Part shown: positions 28,831 to 38,048 of the stretch, piece after piece
Layout: each line of letters starts with the position of its first letter
How positions within the stretch are numbered: the first letter of the stretch is position 1
Assembly (NCBI GenBank): GCA_017409905.1
Contig: JAFQRV010000007.1
Location: forward strand, 28,346 to 92,345
DNA: 64,000 bases
Direction: 5' to 3'
Source of the DNA: Bacilli bacterium
Lineage (GTDB): Bacteria; Bacillota_I; Bacilli_A; ML615J-28; CAG-313
Notes under the pieces: model-generated
Databases searched by the model: none
Told to the model about the DNA's origin: nothing
Seen by the model: only the letters and a program-made list of their open reading frames with translations
Made by a program: the position numbers and the translations under genes

Positions 28831-30336
28831 ATGAAACAGTACAACAAGATAATCTTACTTGTAGATAGCTTTAAATCATCTATTTCTTCTAAAGAAATTG
28901 CTTTAATTGGAAAAAAGATTATTAATAAATATTCAGATATTCCAGTTTTAGCTTCTAGTATTGCTGATGGGGGAGAAGGCACTGTTGATTTCTTTATTAA
29001 TGAAATGGGATATAAAAAAGAAGTGACAAAAACAGTAAATGCTTTTGGTGAGACTATTGATACTTATTATGGTGTTAAAGATGATAAGGCTGTTTATGAT
29101 GTAGCATCTGTTGTTGGTTTCTTAGTTAATGGTCATTTGGATATTTACAATGCTAGTAGTTATGGTATTGGTATTGTTTTAAAAGAAATAATTAAAAAAG
29201 GTTACAAAAATATCTATTTAGGATTAGGTGGCTCTATTACTAATGATGGTGGTAGTGGTATTTTGGAAGCTTTAGGAGCTACTTTTTATAATGATGATTT
29301 ATTAATTGAATTACATAAAGATGGTCATAAATGCGTAAATAAAGTGGATTTTAAGCCCGTTTTAGAACTTTTAGAAGGTATTAAGATAACTGCAATATGT
29401 GATGTTACAAATCCTTTATTAGGTAATATGGGAGCTACTTATATTTTTAGTCCCCAAAAAGGTGCTAAAGAAGAGGATTTAAAAGTTTTAGAAGATTGGA
29501 TGAAAAATTATGCATCTTTATTTAATGTAGAAAGTTCTACCCCTGGTTGTGGAGCAGCTGGTGGAATAGGGTTTTTAATTCATTTGTTAGGTGGAAAATT
29601 AGAAAAAGGGATCGATGTAATTTTAAATGAATTAAAACTTGTTACAATGTTAGATCCACATACTTTATTAATAACTGGGGAAGGGAAACTTGATAAAACT
29701 TCTTTTTATGGGAAAGTCGTTGGAAAACTTAGCGATCTAAGTGAAAAATATCATAATGATTTATTAATTATTTGTGGTTTAAAAGAAATTGATAATTCTA
29801 ATTATCCTGTATATGCCTTACACGAACAAATGGTTAGTAATTATAAAGAAACTGTCAAAGAAGATCTTAAAAAGGTTTTTCATAAAATTGTGAAAGATTA
29901 TCTTGATAAGATTAGTCAGTTTCGTTTAAAAGAAGTTTCGTTTGATAATAGAGATTATCGTTTGATTCGAGAAGAAGTTTTTGTAGTTGAACAAAATGTT
30001 TCTTTGAAAATTGAGTTTGATGAAGAAGATTATTCATCACATCATTATTTGTTTTATCTTGATGATAAACCTATTGGAACTGTTAGGCTTACAAAACATG
30101 ATAATAACTTAAGAATATGCCGAGTAGCTATTAGAAAGTCTTATCGTGGTTTAGGATTAGGAAAAGTTATGATAAAATTTGTAGAAGATGCTGCTAAAAA
30201 GTTAGGATATCAAGAAACTTTCCTAAATGGTCAAGTTCCTAGCATTCCATTTTATGAGAAATGTGGATATAAAGCTATTGGTGAAGTATTTTATGAGGCT
30301 AATATCCCTCACAAAAAAATGATAAAAAAGAGCTAA
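28831..30336 (+). CDS. glycerate kinase family protein fused to a C-terminal GNAT N-acetyltransferase domain
   Basis: The N-terminal ~360 aa carry glycerate-kinase motifs (DSFKSS, IADGGEGTVD, LGLGGSITNDGGSGILEALG, GAAGGIGF, ITGEGKLDKTSFYGKV). The C-terminal ~140 aa carry the GNAT motif A (RVAIRKSYRGLGLGKVMIKFVEDAAKKLGY). Confidence 0.7.
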   Translation: MKQYNKIILLVDSFKSSISSKEIALIGKKIINKYSDIPVLASSIADGGEGTVDFFINEMGYKKEVTKTVNAFGETIDTYYGVKDDKAVYDVASVVGFLVNGHLDIYNASSYGIGIVLKEIIKKGYKNIYLGLGGSITNDGGSGILEALGATFYNDDLLIELHKDGHKCVNKVDFKPVLELLEGIKITAICDVTNPLLGNMGATYIFSPQKGAKEEDLKVLEDWMKNYASLFNVESSTPGCGAAGGIGFLIHLLGGKLEKGIDVILNELKLVTMLDPHTLLITGEGKLDKTSFYGKVVGKLSDLSEKYHNDLLIICGLKEIDNSNYPVYALHEQMVSNYKETVKEDLKKVFHKIVKDYLDKISQFRLKEVSFDNRDYRLIREEVFVVEQNVSLKIEFDEEDYSSHHYLFYLDDKPIGTVRLTKHDNNLRICRVAIRKSYRGLGLGKVMIKFVEDAAKKLGYQETFLNGQVPSIPFYEKCGYKAIGEVFYEANIPHKKMIKKS

Positions 30337-30353
30337 GAAATTAGCTCTTTTTT
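30329..30353 (+). terminator. intrinsic terminator overlapping the stop codon
   Basis: Stem AGAGCTAA / TTAGCTCT, loop GAAA, then TTTTT. Confidence 0.75.
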
Positions 30354-30384
30354 CTTGAAAATTGATGAAAATAAGTAATAAAAA

Positions 30385-30414
30385 TTATGAAAAAAAGATA
30401 AAAAATTTTCATAA
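30385..30414. promoter_or_regulatory. 9-bp perfect inverted repeat upstream of the nrdD promoter (possible operator)
   Basis: TTATGAAAA (30385-30393), 12 nt, TTTTCATAA (30406-30414), ending 10 nt upstream of the -35 box. Confidence 0.3.
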
Positions 30415-30423
30415 GTTAATCCT

Positions 30424-30452
30424 TTGACATATCCGGATTTTTAAAATATAAT
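30424..30452 (+). promoter_or_regulatory. sigma-A type promoter of nrdD
   Basis: TTGACA (30424-30429), 17-nt spacer, TATAAT (30447-30452). Confidence 0.65.
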
Positions 30453-30498
30453 TAAAATACGCTCGCGTAAAAAATGTAAAAAAATGGAGGTAACTTAT

Positions 30499-32868
30499 AT
30501 GCTAAGTGTTAAAAAAAGAGATGGGAAAATTGTTGAATTTGACCTAAAGAAAATTCAAGGAGCAATTGAAAAAGCATTTGTTGCTTTAGAAAAACCATAT
30601 ACAGATGGAATTATTGAATTATTAGCTTTAAGGGTATTTGCTAGCTTAGCAGATAAGATTAAAGAAGGTGTAATTTCTATTGAAGATATACAAGACTGCG
30701 TAGAAGTAGTATTAATTCAAGCAGGTTATATTGATGTTGCTAAAGCTTATATTTTATATCGTAAACAACATGAGAAAATGAGAAATATCAAATCTACTTT
30801 CTTAGATTATAAAGATACAGTTAATAATTATTTAAGTATTAATGACTGGCGTGTTAAAGAAAATTCAACTGTTACTTATTCAGTTGGTGGTTTAATCTTG
30901 TCAAACTCTGGTGCAATTACTGCTAATTATTGGCTATCAGAAGTGTATGATCAAGAAATTGCAGATGCTCATAGAAATGCCGATATTCATATTCATGACT
31001 TATCTATGCTTACAGGTTATTGTGCTGGTTGGAGTTTAAAACAATTAATAACTGATGGTTTAGGCGGTGTTACTGGTAAGATTACTTCATCACCTGCTGC
31101 TCATTTGTCAACTTTATGTAATCAAATGACTAATTTCTTAGGTATTATGCAAAATGAATGGGCTGGTGCTCAAGCATTTTCTTCATTTGATACATATTTG
31201 GCACCATTTGTAAAAGTTGATAACTTAACATACAAGCAAGTTAAACAATGTATTCAATCATTTATTTATGGGGTAAATACTCCAAGCCGTTGGGGAACAC
31301 AAGCTCCGTTTACAAACATTACTTTAGACTGGACAGTTCCAAATGATATGGCAGAAATGAATGCTATTGTTGGTGGTGTTGAACAAAAGTTTAAATATAA
31401 AGATTGTGAAAAAGAAATGGCTATGGTTAATAAAGCATTTATCGAAATTATGATTGAAGGTGATGCAAATGGCCGTGGTTTCCAATACCCAATTCCTACA
31501 TATTCAATTACTCGTGATTTTGATTGGTCTGATACTGAAAACAATCGTTTATTATTTGAAATGACTGCAAAATATGGTACTCCATACTTCTCAAATTATA
31601 TTAATAGTGATATGGAACCTAGCGATGTTCGTAGTATGTGCTGTCGTTTAAGATTAGACTTAAGAGAATTACGTAAAAAGTCTGGTGGATTCTTTGGTTC
31701 AGGTGAATCAACAGGATCTGTTGGTGTTGTAACAATTAATATTCCAAGAATTGCTTATCTTTCTAAAACAAAAGAAGAATTCTATGAAAGATTGGCTAAA
31801 ATGATGGATATTTCTGCTCGTTCATTAAAGATTAAGAGAAATGTAATTACTAAATTAATGAATGAAGGATTATATCCTTATACTAAAAAATATTTAGGTA
31901 CATTTGATAATCACTTCTCTACTATTGGTTTAGTAGGTATGAATGAAGCTTGTCTAAATGCCGCATGGTTAAAGAAAGATTTAACACATAAAGAATCTCA
32001 AGAATTTACAAAAGATGTATTGAACTTTATGCGTAATAAATTATCTGATTATCAAGAACAATATGGAGATTTATATAACCTAGAAGCAACTCCTGCTGAA
32101 TCAACTTCATTCCGTCTTGCAAAACATGATAAGAAGAGATATCCTCATATCATTACTGCATCACAAGAAAAAGGAGCTACTCCATATTATACTAATAGTT
32201 CTCATTTACCAGTTGGTTATACTGATGATATCTTTAAAGCATTAGATGTTCAAGATGAATTACAAGTATTATATACAAGTGGTACTGTATTCCACTGTTT
32301 CCTAGGACAAAAATTACCTTCTTGGGAAGCTTGTGCTAAGTTAGTTAGAACTATTGCGGAAAACTATAAATTACCATACTATACAATGTCACCTACATAT
32401 TCTGTGTGTCAAGTTCATGGATATTTAGAAGGTGAACAATATAAATGTCCAATTTGTGGTAGAAAAGCTGAAGTTTATTCAAGAATTACAGGATATTATC
32501 GTCCTGTTCAAAATTGGAATGACGGTAAATCTGAAGAATTTAAGAATCGTTTAGTATATAACCCAGAAACTTCTGTATTAACTAGAACTAATAAAGTAGT
32601 TGAAGAACAAGAACAAGAAGTTGTAGCAGTTGCAAAAGATATTTTATTATTTGGTACAAAGACTTGTCCAAATTGTAAAACAGCTAAGATTATTTTAGAA
32701 AAAGCTAATGTTCCTTATATTTTTGTAGATGCTGATGAAAATAAAGAAGTTACTAATGCATATGGTGTTAAAAAAGCTCCAACTTTATTAGTGCCAAGTG
32801 AAAATGGTTATGAAAAGTATGATAATATCAGCTTAATTAAGAAATATGCTGAAAGTATTATAAAATAA
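30499..32868 (+). CDS. nrdD: anaerobic ribonucleoside-triphosphate reductase (class III) with fused C-terminal thioredoxin/glutaredoxin-fold domain
   Basis: ATG at 30499 after GGAGGT. N-terminal ATP-cone (VKKRDGKIVEFDLKKIQGAIEKAF), zinc ribbon CQVHG...CPICG, glycyl-radical motif SRITGYYRPV. About 100 extra residues follow, containing LLFGTKTCPNCKTAK...KAPTLLV (CPNC at 32665-32676). Confidence 0.92.
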   Translation: MLSVKKRDGKIVEFDLKKIQGAIEKAFVALEKPYTDGIIELLALRVFASLADKIKEGVISIEDIQDCVEVVLIQAGYIDVAKAYILYRKQHEKMRNIKSTFLDYKDTVNNYLSINDWRVKENSTVTYSVGGLILSNSGAITANYWLSEVYDQEIADAHRNADIHIHDLSMLTGYCAGWSLKQLITDGLGGVTGKITSSPAAHLSTLCNQMTNFLGIMQNEWAGAQAFSSFDTYLAPFVKVDNLTYKQVKQCIQSFIYGVNTPSRWGTQAPFTNITLDWTVPNDMAEMNAIVGGVEQKFKYKDCEKEMAMVNKAFIEIMIEGDANGRGFQYPIPTYSITRDFDWSDTENNRLLFEMTAKYGTPYFSNYINSDMEPSDVRSMCCRLRLDLRELRKKSGGFFGSGESTGSVGVVTINIPRIAYLSKTKEEFYERLAKMMDISARSLKIKRNVITKLMNEGLYPYTKKYLGTFDNHFSTIGLVGMNEACLNAAWLKKDLTHKESQEFTKDVLNFMRNKLSDYQEQYGDLYNLEATPAESTSFRLAKHDKKRYPHIITASQEKGATPYYTNSSHLPVGYTDDIFKALDVQDELQVLYTSGTVFHCFLGQKLPSWEACAKLVRTIAENYKLPYYTMSPTYSVCQVHGYLEGEQYKCPICGRKAEVYSRITGYYRPVQNWNDGKSEEFKNRLVYNPETSVLTRTNKVVEEQEQEVVAVAKDILLFGTKTCPNCKTAKIILEKANVPYIFVDADENKEVTNAYGVKKAPTLLVPSENGYEKYDNISLIKKYAESIIK

Positions 32869-32869
32869 T

Positions 32870-33775
32870 ATGGTTGATGTATTAATAATTGGTGGTGGAC
32901 CAGCTGGTCTTACTGCCGCAATATATGCAAAAAGAAGTGGAAAGAGTGTTTTGCTTTTAGAAAAAGAGTCTTTTGGTGGACAAATTGCATCATCTCCAAG
33001 AGTAGAAAACTTTCCAACTATCAAATCCATTAGCGGTCTAGAATTAATTGACCGAATGGTAGAACAAGTAACTGAATTAGATGTTGATATCGATGTTGAT
33101 GAAGTTAAACATATTGAAAAACATGATGGTTATTTTGAAGTAACTACAGAATATACAACAATTGAGGCATTATCTGTTATAATTGCGACTGGTTGTATTC
33201 CTAGAGAAATAGATGCAGAGAATATGGATAAATTTAGAAATAAAAATGTTTCATATTGTGCTGTATGTGACGGTTATTTCTATAAAGATAAGAAAGTTGT
33301 ACTTATTGGTGATGGAAATACTGCTTTGCAATACGCAGAACTTTTGTCAAATTATTGTCAAAAGGTATACTTATGTACCCTATTTGATCGCTTTTTTGGT
33401 GAGGAAGTAGTCGAAAAATCCATTCGTGAGAAGGCGAATATTGAAATCACACATAATGTTTCATTGAAACGCTTAGAAGGTTTAGATGACTTAGAAAAGG
33501 TTATTTTTGAGGAAACTTCAACAAAAGAAGAGATAGAATTTGTTGCTGATGGATTATTTATTGCAATTGGTCAAGTACCACAAAATGATTGTTTTGAAAA
33601 TGTGGTAGATCTTGATAAAGCTGGTTATATTATCAGTAATGATCAATGTGAAACAAAAACTCCAGGTATTTTTGTTGCGGGAGATTGTCGACAAAAAACA
33701 TTAAGACAAGTTACTACAGCTATGGGTGATGCAGCAATAGCAGCAACAAATGCAGTTAAATATTTATCAAAATAA
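32870..33775 (+). CDS. thioredoxin-reductase-like flavoprotein lacking the NADPH 2'-phosphate arginine motif
   Basis: FAD motif IIGGGPAGLTAAIYA, redox-active CAVCDG (33257-33274), second Rossmann motif LIGDGNTALQYA, C-terminal GIFVAGDC. Where E. coli TrxB has HRRDxFRA, this protein has CTLFDRFFG (33368-33406). Confidence 0.8.
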   Translation: MVDVLIIGGGPAGLTAAIYAKRSGKSVLLLEKESFGGQIASSPRVENFPTIKSISGLELIDRMVEQVTELDVDIDVDEVKHIEKHDGYFEVTTEYTTIEALSVIIATGCIPREIDAENMDKFRNKNVSYCAVCDGYFYKDKKVVLIGDGNTALQYAELLSNYCQKVYLCTLFDRFFGEEVVEKSIREKANIEITHNVSLKRLEGLDDLEKVIFEETSTKEEIEFVADGLFIAIGQVPQNDCFENVVDLDKAGYIISNDQCETKTPGIFVAGDCRQKTLRQVTTAMGDAAIAATNAVKYLSK

Positions 33776-33776
33776 G

Positions 33777-33802
33777 AGCACCATTTTAAATGGTGCTTTT
33801 TT
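33777..33802 (+). terminator. intrinsic terminator
   Basis: Stem AGCACCA / TGGTGCT followed by TTTTTT. Confidence 0.8.
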
Positions 33803-33862
33803 ATTGAAAAAAATTTTTATAAAATGATATAATAATTATATAATATAATATAGGAGGTTATT

Positions 33863-36457
33863 ATGGAATATAACCAAGTTAATAGTGTAGAAACTTTACA
33901 ACAATTGATTAAAAAAGTAAAAGCTGCTCAAAAAGAGTATGCTTCTTTTAGTCAAGAACAAGTTGATAAGATTTTTAAAGCAGTTGCAATTGCTGCTAAT
34001 AAAGAAAGAATATCTCTAGCTCAAATGGCAGTTAGTGAAACAGGAATGGGTATTGTAGAAGATAAGGTTATTAAGAATCACTATGCTGCTGAATATATTT
34101 ATAATGCGTATAAAGATACAAAGACATGTGGTATTTTAGAAGAAGATAAACAAAATGGAATCATTAAAATAGCAGAACCAATTGGTTTAATTGCTGCCGT
34201 TATTCCAACAACTAATCCTACTTCTACAGCAATATTTAAAATCTTAATTTCTTTAAAAACACGTAATGGAATTATAATTTCTCCGCATCCTAGAGCCAAG
34301 AATTCAACAATTCATACTGCAAAATTACTTTTGGAAGCAGCTGTAAAAGCAGGTGCACCAAAAGATATCATTGGTTGGATAGATGTACCTACATTAGAAT
34401 TATCTAATTTAGTTATGAAAGAGTCAGATTTGATTCTTGCGACAGGCGGACCTGGGATGGTTAGAGCTGCTTATTCTAGTGGCAAACCAGCTATTGGTGT
34501 AGGTGCAGGTAATACTCCAGCAATTATTGATTCAAGTGCGGATATAACGGTTGCGGTTAGTTCAATTATACATTCTAAAATATTTGATAATGGAATGATT
34601 TGTGCTTCTGAACAGTCTGTAATTGTATTAGAAGATATTTATGATGATGTAAAAAAAGAATTTTTAGATTATGGTGCTTATTTTCTTAATTCAGAAGAAT
34701 TACAAAAAGTACGAAAAACAATTATTATAAATGGTGCTTTAAATTCGAAAATTGTAGGTCAAAAAGCAACTACAATTGCTAGATTATCAGGAATTAATGT
34801 ACCTGAATATGCTAAGATTCTTATTGGAGAAGTAGAAAGTACAGATATAAGTGAAGAATTTGCACATGAAAAACTATCTCCAGTACTTGCTATGTATAAA
34901 GCAAATACATTTGAAGAAGCGTTAAATAAAGCATGTAAATTGATTAATGATGGTGGAAGAGGACATACTTCATCTCTTTATATTAATCAGTATCAAGAAA
35001 AAGAAAAATACATGGCATTTGTTAATGCAATGAAAACTTGTAGAATTTTAATTAATACTCCATCATCATTTGGTGGTATTGGAGATTTATATAACTTTAA
35101 ATTAGCTCCTTCATTAACTCTGGGCTGTGGTTCATGGGGTGGAAATAGCGTTTGTGAAAATGTTGGTGTTAAACATTTAATAAATATTAAAACTGTAGCA
35201 GAAAGAAGGGAAAATATGTTGTGGTTTAGATGTCCTGAAAAGATTTATATTAAAGGTGGATGTATAGGTGTAGCATTAGATGAATTAAAAACAGTATTAA
35301 ATAAAAAACGTGCATTTATTGTTACTGATAACTTTTTATATAAAAATGGTTTTGCTAATTCTATTATTAATAAATTGAATGAATTGGGTATTCAATATAC
35401 TGTATTTTTTGATGTAGAACCTGATCCAACACTTGCAAGTGCTAAAAAAGGAGCAGAAGCCATGAATAGTTTTAATCCTGATGTTATTATTGCTTTAGGT
35501 GGTGGTTCTGCAATGGATGCCGCAAAAATTATGTGGGTTTTATATGAACATCCAGATACTGATTTTATGGATATGGCTATTCGCTTTTCAGATATTAGAA
35601 AAAGGGTTTATGAATTTCCAAAGATGGGTTCAAAAGCTTATTTTATTGCAGTTCCAACATCAGCAGGTACCGGTTCAGAAGTTACTCCATTTGCTGTTAT
35701 AACAGATGAAGAAAGTGGAATTAAGTATCCATTAGCAGATTATGAATTATTACCAAATATGGCTATTATTGATACAGATTTCCATATGAGTGCTCCAAAA
35801 GGGTTAACAGCCGCATCCGGTATAGATGCTGTAACACATGCGTTAGAAGCATATGCATCAATGTTAGCAACAGATTATACAGACGGTTTGGTAGTACAAG
35901 CCTTAAAAATTATTTTCGAACATTTACCAGTTGCTTACAATGATGGAAATAACAGAGTAGCTAGAGAAAAAATGGCTAATGCAGCTACAATTGCTGGTAT
36001 GGCGTTTGCTAATGCTTTTTTAGGAGTTTGTCATTCCCTTGCCCATAAGCTAGGTGCTTATCATCATTTGCCACATGGAGTTGCTAATGCTTTAATGATT
36101 GAATATGTTATGCGCTTTAATGCTTCAAAAGTTCCAACAAAGATGGGTACATTCCCACAATATACTCATCCACATACTATGGAAAGATATGCAGAATTAG
36201 CTGCTTCTTTAGGAATTGTTGGAAATACTTTTGAAGAAAGATTTGAGGGTTTAATTAATAAAGTAAATGAATTAAAATCACAAATTGGAATTAAGAAATC
36301 TATCCAAGAGTATGGAATCAAAGAAGAAGACTTTTTAAAGAGTTTAGATGAAATGTCTCTAATGGCATTTGATGATCAATGTACTGGTGCTAATCCTAGA
36401 TATCCTTTAATAGAAGAAATTAAAGAAATGTATTTAAGTGCATTCTATGGTAAATAG
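33863..36457 (+). CDS. adhE: bifunctional acetaldehyde-CoA / alcohol dehydrogenase
   Basis: 864 aa. N-terminal ALDH domain (ICASEQS catalytic Cys region) plus a C-terminal iron-ADH domain (GGGSAMDAAK, His cluster HSLAHKLGAYHHLPHG). Confidence 0.95.
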   Translation: MEYNQVNSVETLQQLIKKVKAAQKEYASFSQEQVDKIFKAVAIAANKERISLAQMAVSETGMGIVEDKVIKNHYAAEYIYNAYKDTKTCGILEEDKQNGIIKIAEPIGLIAAVIPTTNPTSTAIFKILISLKTRNGIIISPHPRAKNSTIHTAKLLLEAAVKAGAPKDIIGWIDVPTLELSNLVMKESDLILATGGPGMVRAAYSSGKPAIGVGAGNTPAIIDSSADITVAVSSIIHSKIFDNGMICASEQSVIVLEDIYDDVKKEFLDYGAYFLNSEELQKVRKTIIINGALNSKIVGQKATTIARLSGINVPEYAKILIGEVESTDISEEFAHEKLSPVLAMYKANTFEEALNKACKLINDGGRGHTSSLYINQYQEKEKYMAFVNAMKTCRILINTPSSFGGIGDLYNFKLAPSLTLGCGSWGGNSVCENVGVKHLINIKTVAERRENMLWFRCPEKIYIKGGCIGVALDELKTVLNKKRAFIVTDNFLYKNGFANSIINKLNELGIQYTVFFDVEPDPTLASAKKGAEAMNSFNPDVIIALGGGSAMDAAKIMWVLYEHPDTDFMDMAIRFSDIRKRVYEFPKMGSKAYFIAVPTSAGTGSEVTPFAVITDEESGIKYPLADYELLPNMAIIDTDFHMSAPKGLTAASGIDAVTHALEAYASMLATDYTDGLVVQALKIIFEHLPVAYNDGNNRVAREKMANAATIAGMAFANAFLGVCHSLAHKLGAYHHLPHGVANALMIEYVMRFNASKVPTKMGTFPQYTHPHTMERYAELAASLGIVGNTFEERFEGLINKVNELKSQIGIKKSIQEYGIKEEDFLKSLDEMSLMAFDDQCTGANPRYPLIEEIKEMYLSAFYGK

Positions 36458-36465
36458 AGGTTAAT

Positions 36466-37212
36466 ATGAAGTTAGATAATCTTATTGCAATAAGAAAAAA
36501 TAAAAAAATATATCGTGATGGTAATTTTGCAATTAAAGTTTTTGATGAAACCTTTTCTAAAATAGACGTTTTAAATGAAGCTCTAAATCAATCAAGAGTT
36601 GAAAATATCGGTTTAAATGTTCCAAAAATTTATGAAGTAACAATGATCGAAGGTAAATGGTCAATTGTTAGTGAATATATTGAAGGTAAAACTTTAGCTC
36701 AACTTATTGAAGAAAACCCGGATAAACTAGACGAGTATTTAGAAATATTAGTTAAGGTTCAAATGGATATTCATGCTAAAAGAGTTCCTTTACTTTCAAA
36801 ATTAAAAGATAAAATGCGCGAAAAAATTGCTGTTGCCAATATCGATGAAATTACTAAATATGATTTAGAAACACGATTAGAATCAATGCCAAGACATAAT
36901 AAACTATGTCATGGTGATTTTGATTTGACTAATGTAATTATTAAAGAAAATGGTGATGCTTATGTTTTAGACTGGGCTCACGTTACACAAGGAAATGCAT
37001 CAGCGGATATTGCGAGAACTTATTTGGTCTTTTGTTTAAAAGGACAAAAAAAGATGGGTAAAAAATATCTTGATATTTTCTGTAAATTAAGTGGTACTAA
37101 AAAGAAATATGTTCAATCATGGATGCCAATTGTTGCTGCTAGTCAATCTGTTAAAGGTAATCCAGAAGAACGTGATTTCTTATTGTCTTGGGTAAATGTA
37201 GTAGACTATTAA
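36466..37212 (+). CDS. aminoglycoside-phosphotransferase / choline-kinase-fold small-molecule kinase
   Basis: Brenner motif LCHGDFDLTNVII, downstream VLDWAHV, N-terminal lysine region FAIKVF. Only 8 nt downstream of adhE. Confidence 0.6.
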   Translation: MKLDNLIAIRKNKKIYRDGNFAIKVFDETFSKIDVLNEALNQSRVENIGLNVPKIYEVTMIEGKWSIVSEYIEGKTLAQLIEENPDKLDEYLEILVKVQMDIHAKRVPLLSKLKDKMREKIAVANIDEITKYDLETRLESMPRHNKLCHGDFDLTNVIIKENGDAYVLDWAHVTQGNASADIARTYLVFCLKGQKKMGKKYLDIFCKLSGTKKKYVQSWMPIVAASQSVKGNPEERDFLLSWVNVVDY

Positions 37213-37239
37213 AAAAAGGCTTGTTTTTACAAGCCTTTT
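37211..37239. terminator. bidirectional intrinsic terminator
   Basis: A7, stem GGCTTGT / ACAAGCC, then TTTT. It lies between the convergent kinase gene and nrdG. Confidence 0.8.
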
Positions 37240-37933
37240 AATATCCTCTTAATTCTACTTTTGAGAAATATTTTAATAATTCATTTTTGTAGATTATCGC
37301 AGTATTGATACTTACCTCATGAAGATTTTGATTTATACATGTTTCACTATTAACAAACTTTTGTAAAAAGTATCGAGGACAATCTTTTATCCACTCACCA
37401 ATTGTTTGAAAATCTTCTAATTTATGGAATTCTGAAATAATGGTAGTTCTAAATTCATATTCAATTCCTGATGTTTTTAGATAATTAATAGATTTTTGAA
37501 TATTTAAAAGATTTACGTGAGGATTACCACAAGTTAAAGCATATTTTGCTAGGGTATTTTTGATATCCATCGCAACATAATCAATTAAGCCCTTTTCATA
37601 AAGCCTTTTGATAGCTTCAGGGTTTGTTCCATTGGTATCAAGTTTAATATAATAACCTAATTCTTTAATCTTTTGCAGTTTTTCATCTAAATCTGGATAA
37701 ATTGTTGGTTCTCCGCCTGTTACAACTACTGCATCTAACATATTTTTTCGAAGTTTTAAGAAATCAAGTATTTCATTAAAGGGGATTTCTTGAATGTCTT
37801 TACTTAATGCTAGATTTTTATTATGACAAAAAGGGCATCTGAAGTTACAACCGTGTGTGAAAATTGTACATGCTAATTTTCCATCTAAATCGACAAGTGA
37901 TAAAGGTTCAATACCACAAAAAATTAATTCCAT
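37238..37933 (-). CDS. nrdG: anaerobic ribonucleotide reductase activating protein (radical SAM)
   Basis: ATG at 37933 lies 8 nt after AGGAGA. CNFRCPFCHN radical-SAM cluster motif and VVTGGEP. Confidence 0.85.
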   Translation of the reverse strand: MELIFCGIEPLSLVDLDGKLACTIFTHGCNFRCPFCHNKNLALSKDIQEIPFNEILDFLKLRKNMLDAVVVTGGEPTIYPDLDEKLQKIKELGYYIKLDTNGTNPEAIKRLYEKGLIDYVAMDIKNTLAKYALTCGNPHVNLLNIQKSINYLKTSGIEYEFRTTIISEFHKLEDFQTIGEWIKDCPRYFLQKFVNSETCINQNLHEVSINTAIIYKNELLKYFSKVELRGY

Positions 37934-38048
37934 AAAAATCATCTCCTAATCTATTATACCATAAAATACTATAATTTATCAATTTATCCATTAACTATTG
38001 ATTTTTTTAGAATAATATGATAAAATTAATTATAAATAGGTGATAAAA

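Noticed and set aside
30365-30427. 20-codon ORF (MKISNKNYEKKIKNFHKLIL) spanning the palindrome upstream of nrdD
   Set aside because: It has no SD and is composed of A-rich codons expected by chance. It lies upstream of the promoter.
30337-30498. NrdR boxes upstream of nrdD (also checked upstream of nrdG, 37934-38048)
   Set aside because: I could not find a pair of about 16-bp boxes of the ACACwAtATaTwGTGT type in either region. Only the unrelated TTATGAAAA palindrome is present.
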